A stretch of DNA of 64,000 nucleotides, taken from contig CBDCZH010000015.1 in the NCBI GenBank assembly GCA_965224485.1, forward strand, positions 416,001 through 480,000, written 5' to 3'. The notes under the pieces were generated by a model, which worked only from the letters and a program-made list of their open reading frames with translations, searched no databases and was not told the origin of the DNA. Source of the DNA: Arcobacteraceae bacterium. Lineage in GTDB: Bacteria > Campylobacterota > Campylobacteria > Campylobacterales > Arcobacteraceae. Of this stretch, positions 9,980 to 18,708 are shown in pieces. A program made the translations under genes and the position numbers. Numbering within the stretch: position 1 is the first letter of the stretch; each line of letters opens with the position of its first letter.

Positions 9980-10102
9980 AAAAAAAGAAGTTAAGCCAAA
10001 AAACTTAAACTCTTTACTCATCAATCATTTGGGAGGAAGAAGTGATGAATTGCTAAAGCATAAAGAGCTAAGTTAAATGGTACTTGTATATAAAAATTAG
10101 TA
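9980..10102 (-). ncRNA. Candidate sRNA with C/U-rich loop (RepG/CJnc190-like architecture)
   Basis: Long hairpin exposing CUUCUUCCUCCC, ending in a hairpin plus U7; extended -10 TGTTATCAT at 10109-10117 (minus); no ORF. Confidence 0.5.
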
Positions 10103-10124
10103 CACAAAATGATAACAAAGTACA

Positions 10125-10144
10125 ATAGCAAAAACATAGCAAAA
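10125..10144. promoter_or_regulatory. Direct repeat ATAGCAAAA x2 at 11-bp period; candidate transcription-factor site
   Basis: Copies at 10125-10133 and 10136-10144, between the candidate sRNA and bioF promoters. Confidence 0.4.
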
Positions 10145-10207
10145 TATTTTTTAATAAATTTTATTTAATTACATTTATTGTATAATCTTATTAAATAAGG
10201 AAAACTT

Positions 10208-11302
10208 TTGTATCAAAAAGAACTTCAATCTATAAAAAAAGCGAATTTATTTAGAAAGAGAAATTTATATGATGACTCTTTATTAGATTTAGCTTCAAAT
10301 GATTATTTGGGGCTTGCACAAAACAAAGAACTTTTTAAAAATGCTTATGAAAGAGTTCTTAAACTTAAGTATCACTCACCAAAAGCCTCAAGTCTAGTAA
10401 ATGGATACAGCATTATTCATCAAGAATTTGAAGAAAATTTAAAAAAAGCAAATAATTTTGAAGCAGCTATTGTTGTTGGAAGTGGTTTCTTAGCAAACTT
10501 ATCTTTAATTGAGACTCTTGTTAGAAAAGGTGATATTATATTTATTGATGAGTTTTATCATGCAAGTGGTATTTTAGCAAGTAGACTTCTGCAAGAAAAA
10601 CAAGTAATTATATTTAAACATAATGATGAAAAAGACTTAGAAGAGAAAATTATTTTACATAAAACAAATAAAAGAATCTTAATTGCTATTGAAGGTGTTT
10701 ATTCTATGCATGGAGATATTGCAAAAATAGATTTTTTTACACTTAGTGATAAGTATAATGCTATTTTAATAGTAGATGAAGCTCATAGTTCAGGAGTACT
10801 AGGTGATAATTTATTGGGTCTTTTTGATTATTATAATATAATACCTAAGGCAAATCATATAAAAATGGGTACTTTAGGTAAGGCTTATGGTTCATATGGA
10901 GCTTATATTTTAGCCTCAAAAGAAATTATTGAATTTTTAGAAAATAGAGCAAAAGCTATTATCTATACAACAGCACCTTCTTTGTTTGACATAAGTTTAG
11001 CAAATGAAGGCTTGAATTATATTTTAAGTAATAAAACTACTATTAAAAATAAAATAAAAAATAATTTAGCTGTGATAGAATGCGAGCTAAATATAATTTC
11101 CAAATCACTAATTATTGCATATGAAATATCTTGTAATAAAAAAGTTTTACAAATACAGCAGAACTTAAAAGAAGAAGGTTTTTTACTAGGAGCAATCAGA
11201 CAACCTACAGTAAAAAGTGCTATAATTAGACTTATTGCAAAAATAGATATAAGTGAAAAAGATTTGCGAAAAGCATGTAAATTATTAAAGGAATTAAAAT
11301 GA
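10208..11302 (+). CDS. bioF: 8-amino-7-oxononanoate synthase
   Basis: ASNDYLGLA, SGFLAN, EGVYSMHGD, VDEAH, GTLGKAYG (PLP Lys), AIRQPTV. Confidence 0.88.
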   Translation: MYQKELQSIKKANLFRKRNLYDDSLLDLASNDYLGLAQNKELFKNAYERVLKLKYHSPKASSLVNGYSIIHQEFEENLKKANNFEAAIVVGSGFLANLSLIETLVRKGDIIFIDEFYHASGILASRLLQEKQVIIFKHNDEKDLEEKIILHKTNKRILIAIEGVYSMHGDIAKIDFFTLSDKYNAILIVDEAHSSGVLGDNLLGLFDYYNIIPKANHIKMGTLGKAYGSYGAYILASKEIIEFLENRAKAIIYTTAPSLFDISLANEGLNYILSNKTTIKNKIKNNLAVIECELNIISKSLIIAYEISCNKKVLQIQQNLKEEGFLLGAIRQPTVKSAIIRLIAKIDISEKDLRKACKLLKELK

Positions 11303-11535
11303 ATAAAATTTTAATATTAGTATTTTTAACTATTGGTTCTTATTCAAGTGACAATATAATAAATACTAAAAATTGTGAACAAATAAAATTATCAACATAT
11401 ACAACTTTAATCTCTTGTCAAAATATGGACTATCTAGTTGAATATCAAGACGTAAGAAGAGATGACGAAGATAATATTAAAAAAATAACTCTTATTACCC
11501 AAAAAGATCAAAAAATTCTAGTTAATAAAAAATAG
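11299..11535 (+). CDS. Small exported hypothetical protein
   Basis: N-terminal signal-like segment, two Cys; 4-bp overlap with bioF and AAGGA RBS. Confidence 0.65.
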   Translation: MNKILILVFLTIGSYSSDNIINTKNCEQIKLSTYTTLISCQNMDYLVEYQDVRRDDEDNIKKITLITQKDQKILVNKK

Positions 11536-11538
11536 ATT

Positions 11539-12183
11539 ATGGGAATTAAAGAACTAATAAAAGGTAATAAAACCTTTATTGAAGAAAAACTACCACTAAT
11601 AAAAGATCAGGTTGAACAATTAGTTTTACATGGACAAAATCCAGAAGTTATGTTTATAGGATGCTCAGATAGCAGAGTAACACCAGATTTGATGTTAAGT
11701 ACAAAACCTGGTGATATGTTTATATTAAGAAATGTTGGTAACTTTGTACCACCTTTTAAACATGATGAAGATTATCACGGTTCAGCTGCTGCTATTGAAT
11801 ATGCTATTGCGGTTTTAGATGTAAAAGATATAATTGTATGTGGACATTCCCATTGTGGAGCTTGTGAAGCTTTATACAAAGATCTTCCAAATTCTGATTC
11901 CTTTGTTCATATTAAAACATGGTTACAATTAGGGCAGAAGGCAAAAATAAAAACTTTAGAAAATAAAAACTTTAAAACACAAGAAGAGATGTATAGAGCA
12001 ACAGAGAGAAACTCTATTCGACATCAATTAGATAATCTTCTAACTTATCCTGATGTTGTAAGAAAATTACAAGAAGGTACTCTTAGAATTCATGGTTGGT
12101 ATTATGATATAGAAACAGGTGAAATAGATTTTTATGAAAAAAAAACTGATTCATTTATGCCCTTAAGGAACTTAAAAATATGA
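11539..12183 (+). CDS. can: Beta-class carbonic anhydrase
   Basis: GCSDSRV, RNVGN, CGHSHCGAC zinc ligands, HGWYYDI. Confidence 0.93.
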   Translation: MGIKELIKGNKTFIEEKLPLIKDQVEQLVLHGQNPEVMFIGCSDSRVTPDLMLSTKPGDMFILRNVGNFVPPFKHDEDYHGSAAAIEYAIAVLDVKDIIVCGHSHCGACEALYKDLPNSDSFVHIKTWLQLGQKAKIKTLENKNFKTQEEMYRATERNSIRHQLDNLLTYPDVVRKLQEGTLRIHGWYYDIETGEIDFYEKKTDSFMPLRNLKI

Positions 12184-12506
12184 GTAATATTCAAACAAGA
12201 AAACTACCAAAAAAAACAATTTATATAATATCTGCCTTAGTCATATTAGCTTTTATTATTATGTATACAGAAGCACATTTTAAAGAAAAAAAAGTTGAAG
12301 TATATTTAAATTATTTATCATATACAAATGTTTCAGATATAACTATTTTTCATAAATCAAAAGTTATGGATCCAAAAACAAAGAAAAATGCCCAGTTATA
12401 TAAAATAAAATTCATAGATTTAAATAAAAATAAAATATGTAAAGGTTTAATGCTAATTAACATAAAAAATCATGTTAAGTTAGACTTAGACTGTACAAAT
12501 AGGTAA
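12180..12506 (+). CDS. Single-TM hypothetical protein
   Basis: One hydrophobic helix, two Cys near C-terminus; coupled to neighbours. Confidence 0.65.
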   Translation: MSNIQTRKLPKKTIYIISALVILAFIIMYTEAHFKEKKVEVYLNYLSYTNVSDITIFHKSKVMDPKTKKNAQLYKIKFIDLNKNKICKGLMLINIKNHVKLDLDCTNR

Positions 12507-12509
12507 AAA

Positions 12510-13571
12510 ATGACACTTATAGAAAAACTAGAAAAAAAACAAAGATTATCGTATGAAGATGCAATAAAATTATACGATTTAGATATTTTTACCCTAGGTA
12601 AATATGCAAATGACATAAGAGAAGAAAAACATGGCAAAAAATCATACTTTAATATTAATAGGCATATTAATCCAACTAATATTTGTAAAGATGTCTGTCA
12701 TTTCTGTGCTTACTCTGCAAGTAGAAAAAACCCAAAACCATATACTTTAAAACATGAAGAAATTTTAGAAACTGTCAAAAACTCTATAAAAAATGGAATT
12801 AAAGAAGTGCATATAGTTTCAGCTCATAATCCAGATACAGGATTACAGTGGTACTTAGATATTTTTAGAAAAATCAAAGCTACTTATCCAAATATCCATG
12901 TAAAAGCTTTAACAGCAGCAGAAATTCACTTTCTATCACAAGAATACAAACTATCTTATGAAGATATAATTGATTTGATGATTAAAAATGGTGTTGATTC
13001 AATGCCAGGTGGTGGGGCTGAAATCTTTGATGAAAAGGTTAGAAAAAGAGTTTGTGGTGGAAAAGTAAAATCTCATGAATGGTTAGAAATACATAAGATT
13101 TGGCATAACAGAGGTAAACAAAGTAATGCCACTATGCTTTTTGGCCATATTGAAAAAAGAGAACATAGAATTGATCACATGATAAGACTTAGGAAATTAC
13201 AAGATGAAACAGGTGGTTTTAACTCTTTTATACCTTTAGTATATCAAAAAGAAAATAACTTCTTAAAAGTAAAAGATTTTTTAACAGGTCAAGAAATTTT
13301 AAAAACTATGAGTATTGCAAGAATTGTTCTTGATAATATATCTCATATAAAAGCTTATTGGGCTACTTCTACTATAAAACTAGCCCTTTTAGCCCAAGAG
13401 TTTGGGGCAAATGATTTAGATGGTACTATTGAGAGGGAAGCTATACAAAGTGCAGCAGGTGCGGATTCTGCAAATGGAATAAAAATTGATGAGTTCACTT
13501 CATTAATTAGAAACTCTGGTTTTATTCCAGTTGAGAGAGACTCTTTATATAATGAACTAAAGGTTTGGTAA
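12510..13571 (+). CDS. mqnE: Aminofutalosine synthase (radical SAM)
   Basis: HINPTNICKDVCHFCAYS, SMPGGGAEIF, NATMLFGHIE, HIKAYW, FGANDLDGT. Confidence 0.9.
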   Translation: MTLIEKLEKKQRLSYEDAIKLYDLDIFTLGKYANDIREEKHGKKSYFNINRHINPTNICKDVCHFCAYSASRKNPKPYTLKHEEILETVKNSIKNGIKEVHIVSAHNPDTGLQWYLDIFRKIKATYPNIHVKALTAAEIHFLSQEYKLSYEDIIDLMIKNGVDSMPGGGAEIFDEKVRKRVCGGKVKSHEWLEIHKIWHNRGKQSNATMLFGHIEKREHRIDHMIRLRKLQDETGGFNSFIPLVYQKENNFLKVKDFLTGQEILKTMSIARIVLDNISHIKAYWATSTIKLALLAQEFGANDLDGTIEREAIQSAAGADSANGIKIDEFTSLIRNSGFIPVERDSLYNELKVW

Positions 13572-13597
13572 AAACTTTTAGTTTAGATATTTAAATC

Positions 13598-15178
13598 TTA
13601 ATTATTTTGATGAAACTGTAAGTTAAAGTCAACTTCTATTCCATCTTCACTTTTAATAAAAGATATTGGATAAGAAATATTTATTGAATATAATTCTTTA
13701 TTAAGATCTTCAACAAATTCAAAAAATTGCATTGGGTTTTGAACTACTATATTAATAGAATAATTATAAGTCATAATATTTGATTTAAATTTTGATTTAA
13801 AAGTAACTATAGAATCACTAGGGAAAATTGCCCTTAAATGTTCAGTTACTCTTTTAATTGGCATAAATTCATCTAAAATATATTTAGGCATTTTTTCATT
13901 TGAACCATATAAGTTCTCTAACATATCATTATTATATATAGTTGCTTCTAGAACAGTTGCTTTTTCATCTTTAAATTTAATATTTGAATATTTATAAATT
14001 TCTAAATATCTAGGTTGCATATGCTTCAAAAAAGCATCTTCTTTTAACATAGAGATAATCAACAATGAATTATCTTTCTTAACTTCTAGCTGTTTTAAAA
14101 CTACGCTATAAGGAATAGAATCAATAAAAGTTAGAATATGTTGTTCTATTACTCTATTTTTGTTTATATGGTTTGAAAGCTTATTTTCAAACTTTATTTC
14201 TTTTTTATTTTCAGAAGAACTTATAAGAGTTTTTTCTTCTTTTATAAACCTATTTATATCTTTTTGAAAAAATAGGTAAATTAAAAAAGCAAAACTTGCT
14301 AATAACAAAGCAATAATAATATTACTTAAATATGATGATTTTAATTTAACTCTTGCTTTTGTAAAACTTTTTAGAGAAACATTTTTATCTCTTGTTAAAT
14401 CATGAATTATTTCACTTAAAGAAATACTATGGTAAGAAACTTTAATCATCAACTCATCTTCAAACTTTTTCAACTGCTCATCATTTAATTGTTTTGCTGT
14501 ATATAAGATACTTATATGTTCAATAAATGTACCTGATTTTTTTTCATAATATTCTTTTAGAGCTTCTTTAATTGCTTTTAAAAGTTCTAAAAAATACAAT
14601 TCATCAAAAAGTTTTTGTCCAACTACTTCATTTGAAAAGAAATTAGAACCTTGAACCTCTTTAAAAGATGTCAAATCAATTACTTTATTATATGCAATTT
14701 CTCCATCTTTGTTTAAAATAAGCAGATAAGATTTTGAATCAATAGTTAAAACACTAATATGATTTGAGCTTGGATTTTGTTCAAAATGATAATTTAAAAC
14801 TTGAAAAGGTGAGAATATATAATCAATACCTGTTTTTTCAAAATAGTGCTTATGTTCAAAAAGTTTTTCTTTATTTACAACAATATCTTGTTTTTGGTTT
14901 AAATAAGATTTATTATAATTATTAAGTCTTCTTGCTTCACTCTTACTTACAATTTTTTCTGAATTATCTAAAATAAGAGAAGAAATATACGTATCATTAA
15001 CATCTTTTTGCCATTGATTTAATTTAAAAGCTAAATTTGATGACATTATTTCATCTTTACTTATAAAATTAGAATGATTCATTATTTCAAGTTCATTATT
15101 ACGAAACTTTTTATAATCAATTTTTAACTGAGTATTATATTTAATAGCACTTATATATTGGATATCCTTATTAAACAT
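13598..15178 (-). CDS. Hypothetical bitopic membrane protein; putative PilM/PilN/PilO-like flagellar cage fusion
   Basis: About 280-aa cytoplasmic part, one TM (aa ~285-304), then two periplasmic segments resembling PilN and PilO; sits after the miaB-DUF374 genes. Confidence 0.55.
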   Translation of the reverse strand: MFNKDIQYISAIKYNTQLKIDYKKFRNNELEIMNHSNFISKDEIMSSNLAFKLNQWQKDVNDTYISSLILDNSEKIVSKSEARRLNNYNKSYLNQKQDIVVNKEKLFEHKHYFEKTGIDYIFSPFQVLNYHFEQNPSSNHISVLTIDSKSYLLILNKDGEIAYNKVIDLTSFKEVQGSNFFSNEVVGQKLFDELYFLELLKAIKEALKEYYEKKSGTFIEHISILYTAKQLNDEQLKKFEDELMIKVSYHSISLSEIIHDLTRDKNVSLKSFTKARVKLKSSYLSNIIIALLLASFAFLIYLFFQKDINRFIKEEKTLISSSENKKEIKFENKLSNHINKNRVIEQHILTFIDSIPYSVVLKQLEVKKDNSLLIISMLKEDAFLKHMQPRYLEIYKYSNIKFKDEKATVLEATIYNNDMLENLYGSNEKMPKYILDEFMPIKRVTEHLRAIFPSDSIVTFKSKFKSNIMTYNYSINIVVQNPMQFFEFVEDLNKELYSINISYPISFIKSEDGIEVDFNLQFHQNN

Positions 15179-15189
15179 AAAACTCTTCC

Positions 15190-15816
15190 TTATTTCATTG
15201 CATTTTTAAGTAATTGGTCTTTTATCAAATCTTTTGCTTCATCTTGGTTTAAATTTTCTAAAGAAAAAGCGTCTGAAATATAAAAACTAATTGTACCAAA
15301 AGGTTTTGGAATAATAAACTTATCCCAAGAATTTATTTGCCAATAAGAACTAGGATGTGAATTTAAAGCAATAATTCTTGTTTTTGTTTTCTGTGAGATT
15401 GCAACTAAACCATCAGCAACAGAAAATCTAGGACCTCTTGGACCATCAGGAGTAATAGCAATATCAACCCCATTTTTAATCTCTTTTAAAGCAGCTCGCA
15501 AAACCCTAACAGCTCCTTTTGAAGAGCTACCTTGAATATCATAAACACCTAAATAATTACATACTTTTCTTATAATTATTCCATCTTTATGTTCACTTAC
15601 AATAACTTTAATTTTGCCATTTTTTCTAAATTCTCTGTAGTTTAGGGGTTGCATTAATAAATCGCCATGCCACATAGCTATTAGCAAGGTTTCATCAGAA
15701 GAAATATTTTTTGGGTAATAAAATTTCTTTTTGGAAGTAAAATATATAAAACGAACAATATATTGCAAAATAAAAGGCAAAATATTTGTCATTAAATATA
15801 TTTTTATTTTTTTCAT
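15190..15816 (-). CDS. lpxJ: DUF374 acyltransferase (LpxJ-like lipid A secondary acyltransferase)
   Basis: AMWHG, VSEHKDG, GSSSKGA, AITPDGPRGP, SWDKFIIPKPF; follows miaB as in Helicobacter/Campylobacter. Confidence 0.75.
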   Translation of the reverse strand: MKKIKIYLMTNILPFILQYIVRFIYFTSKKKFYYPKNISSDETLLIAMWHGDLLMQPLNYREFRKNGKIKVIVSEHKDGIIIRKVCNYLGVYDIQGSSSKGAVRVLRAALKEIKNGVDIAITPDGPRGPRFSVADGLVAISQKTKTRIIALNSHPSSYWQINSWDKFIIPKPFGTISFYISDAFSLENLNQDEAKDLIKDQLLKNAMK

Positions 15817-17133
15817 TTATTTAAGTATTTCACCTTTTAATGATGTTCTTGAGGCTGATGTTATTTTAATATCAACAAACTTACCTAATAACTCATCACT
15901 ACCATTAACATAAACTTGAATCCAATTATCAGTAAAACCAGAAATTTCACCATTTGGTTTTAAACTTTCAAATAAAACATTCATAGTTTTTCCAACATTT
16001 TTTTGTAAAAGTTCACTTTGATGAAGTTTATGCAACTCTATAACTTCTGTTAATCTTTTACTTGCTATTTTATCATCAACTTCTAACTCTTTAAGATTTA
16101 GAGCTGCTGTTTCTGGTCTTGGTGAATATTTAAAGTTAAAAATTTGATCAAATTTAACTTCATTTATTACATCAATAGTATCATTAAAATCTTCATCGCT
16201 CTCACCTGGAAAAGCAACAATTATATCAGTTGTTATTCTAACATTAGGCACTTTATTTTTAATTTTTGCAACTCTGTTTAAAAAGCCTTGTTTAGTATAA
16301 CCTCTCTTCATAAGTTTTAAAATATGTGATGAACCACTTTGTAAAGGCATATGAATACATTTTGAGATTTTATCATTTTTTGAAAACTCTTCAATAAATT
16401 CATCATCCATATGTAAAGGGTGAGGAGAAGTAAATCTAATTCTTTTTAAACCTTCTATTTTTGAAATATCTTGTAAAAGTTTTGTAAAAGTACCTTTAGC
16501 TCGCCCGTCTGAAAATCTTCTTCCATAAGAGTTTACATTTTGCCCTAAAAGCATAACTTCAACAGCGCCTTTGTCAACATCTTTTTGTATTTGTGTAATA
16601 ATCATTTCAGGTGGAATAGAGATTTCATCACCTCTTGTTGCAGGGACGATACAATAAGTACACTCTTTATCACAACCAATTGAAATATTAACTGCTGTTT
16701 TATATAAAGTGTTCTCAGCTCTTGCAAAAGAGTAAGTAGAATCATCATTATCAATGTCAATTTCTACTGCACCTTTAATATCAACTACATCTTTTATTTT
16801 TGATATATTTCTAGCACCAACTACAAAATCAACAGAAGGAGCTCTTTTAATTATATCCTTACCTAAATGAGAAGCAGTACAACCACAAACACCAATTTTA
16901 GCGCCTGCTTTCTTTTTTTTGTTAAACTGCCCAATTTCAGAAAACAACTTAGAAACTGGCTTTTCTCTTACTGAACAGGTATTTATAATAATAAGATCTG
17001 CATCTTCCATCTTATCAGTTGAAATATAGTTTTTATGTTTTTTTAATTCTGCTTTTATATGCTCGCTATCAGCATCATTCATCTGACAACCAAGTGTTTG
17101 TATATATAGTTTTTTACTTTGCTCTTTACTCAT
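15817..17133 (-). CDS. miaB: tRNA-2-methylthio-N6-dimethylallyladenosine synthase
   Basis: TLGCQMN, NTCSVREK, GCDKECTYCIVP, LLGQNVNSYG, RIRFTSPHP, TRAM tail. Confidence 0.96.
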   Translation of the reverse strand: MSKEQSKKLYIQTLGCQMNDADSEHIKAELKKHKNYISTDKMEDADLIIINTCSVREKPVSKLFSEIGQFNKKKKAGAKIGVCGCTASHLGKDIIKRAPSVDFVVGARNISKIKDVVDIKGAVEIDIDNDDSTYSFARAENTLYKTAVNISIGCDKECTYCIVPATRGDEISIPPEMIITQIQKDVDKGAVEVMLLGQNVNSYGRRFSDGRAKGTFTKLLQDISKIEGLKRIRFTSPHPLHMDDEFIEEFSKNDKISKCIHMPLQSGSSHILKLMKRGYTKQGFLNRVAKIKNKVPNVRITTDIIVAFPGESDEDFNDTIDVINEVKFDQIFNFKYSPRPETAALNLKELEVDDKIASKRLTEVIELHKLHQSELLQKNVGKTMNVLFESLKPNGEISGFTDNWIQVYVNGSDELLGKFVDIKITSASRTSLKGEILK

Positions 17134-17142
17134 ATGTGCTTC

Positions 17143-17385
17143 TTATAAAGAATGGACCTCATATAAATACTCTTCATCACCAAGACCATATTTAACTTCT
17201 CTAAAGTATACGTTGTAACCATCTTCTTCTAAGGCATCAACTAAACTCATCATATCTTTATGTGAGTTATCTCTATCAAAATAACTTATTTTTTGTTTAG
17301 CTTCATTAAGCTCTTCTTTTATCTTACTTAGTTTTATTTTTTTTGGTTTTTCTTTTAATTCATTTCTTGCAATTAATAATTCCAT
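17143..17385 (-). CDS. HP0268-family small nuclease
   Basis: MELLIAR...YFDRDNSHKD...REVKYGL..YLYEVH; divergent from nusA and upstream of miaB. Confidence 0.8.
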   Translation of the reverse strand: MELLIARNELKEKPKKIKLSKIKEELNEAKQKISYFDRDNSHKDMMSLVDALEEDGYNVYFREVKYGLGDEEYLYEVHSL

Positions 17386-17535
17386 TTTATATAAACCTTT
17401 CTCTATTTTAAATTAGCCTAAGATAATAGCTAAAATTGTCTTTAATGTATATAAAAGAACTTTTTGATATAATAATTATCTAAGCGTCACATTGAAATCA
17501 AAAATTACAATTCAATGTTAAAAAAGAGGAAACAC

Positions 17536-18708
17536 ATGGATAAAATAATAGATATTTTAGACTCAATTGCATATGAAAAAGGTTTAAAAATTGAAGATGT
17601 TGAAGTTGCATTAAAAGAGTCATTAATAGCAACTGCTAAAAAAATGGTAGATTTTTCTTTAGTATTTGATGCAGGAATTGATAGAGAAAATAAAAAACTT
17701 GTACTATTTCAAAAAGTAGAAGTAGTACAAAATGATGATAAAAGATTCTCAGGGGAAGAAGTAGATAGTTATGACAATATTATAAACCCTGAAAACTTTC
17801 TTAAAATTGATGATGCAAAAGAGATTGATGATGATTTAGAAGTTGGGGATTTTGTTGATTATGATTTAGAGTTTGAAAACATGGGACGAAATGCTGCTAC
17901 TATTTTACATACTAATTTTGAATATAAATTACAAAGATTTATTGAAGTAAATCTTGTAAGTAAATATAAAAATAAAATTGGGAAAATCATTAACGGAACT
18001 GTAACAAGAGTTGATAGTGCTGAAAATACTTTTGTTGAAATCGGTGAAGTAAAAGGTATGTTACCAAGAAAAAGCAGAATTAAAGGTGAATCTTTTAAAA
18101 TCGGAGATACATTAAAATCTGTTGTAAAAGCTGTAAATATTGATAAAATAAATGGCTTAGTAATTGAGTTATCAAGAACTTCTCCTAGATTTTTAGAATC
18201 ACTATTAGCTCTTGAAGTTCCTGAACTTAAAGATGAAAGAATTTCAATAGAAGCAAGTGCAAGAATTCCAGGAAGTAGAGCAAAAATTGCTTTATTATCA
18301 AGTGATCCTCAAATAGATCCTATTGGTGCAGTTGTTGGAGTTAAAGGTGTTAGAATTATGGCAGTATCTCAACAACTTCATGGTGAAAACATTGATTGTG
18401 TTGAATTTTCAACAATTCCTGAAATGTTCGTAGCACGTGCTTTATCTCCTGCTATTATTCAAAGTGTTAAGATTGAGAGAACATTAAGAGAAGATGTAAA
18501 AGACAAGGCAATTGTAACAATTCCAAGTGACCAAAAATCAAAAGCAATTGGTAAATCAGGTTTAAATATAAGACTTGCTTCAATGCTTACTAAATTTGAC
18601 ATTGAATTAGTTGAAGTTGAAGGTATTGCTACATCTGATAATATGACAGGGGAAGAACCCAAAGATAAAACAAAAGATACATCAACTTTAGAGGCTTTAT
18701 TTAAATAA
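17536..18708 (+). CDS. nusA: Transcription factor NusA
   Basis: S1 and KH motifs (LSRTSP, ARIPGSRAKIA, DPIGAVVGVKG, AIGKSGLNIRLA). Start moved to ATG 17536 behind a GAGGA RBS. Confidence 0.96.
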   Translation: MDKIIDILDSIAYEKGLKIEDVEVALKESLIATAKKMVDFSLVFDAGIDRENKKLVLFQKVEVVQNDDKRFSGEEVDSYDNIINPENFLKIDDAKEIDDDLEVGDFVDYDLEFENMGRNAATILHTNFEYKLQRFIEVNLVSKYKNKIGKIINGTVTRVDSAENTFVEIGEVKGMLPRKSRIKGESFKIGDTLKSVVKAVNIDKINGLVIELSRTSPRFLESLLALEVPELKDERISIEASARIPGSRAKIALLSSDPQIDPIGAVVGVKGVRIMAVSQQLHGENIDCVEFSTIPEMFVARALSPAIIQSVKIERTLREDVKDKAIVTIPSDQKSKAIGKSGLNIRLASMLTKFDIELVEVEGIATSDNMTGEEPKDKTKDTSTLEALFK

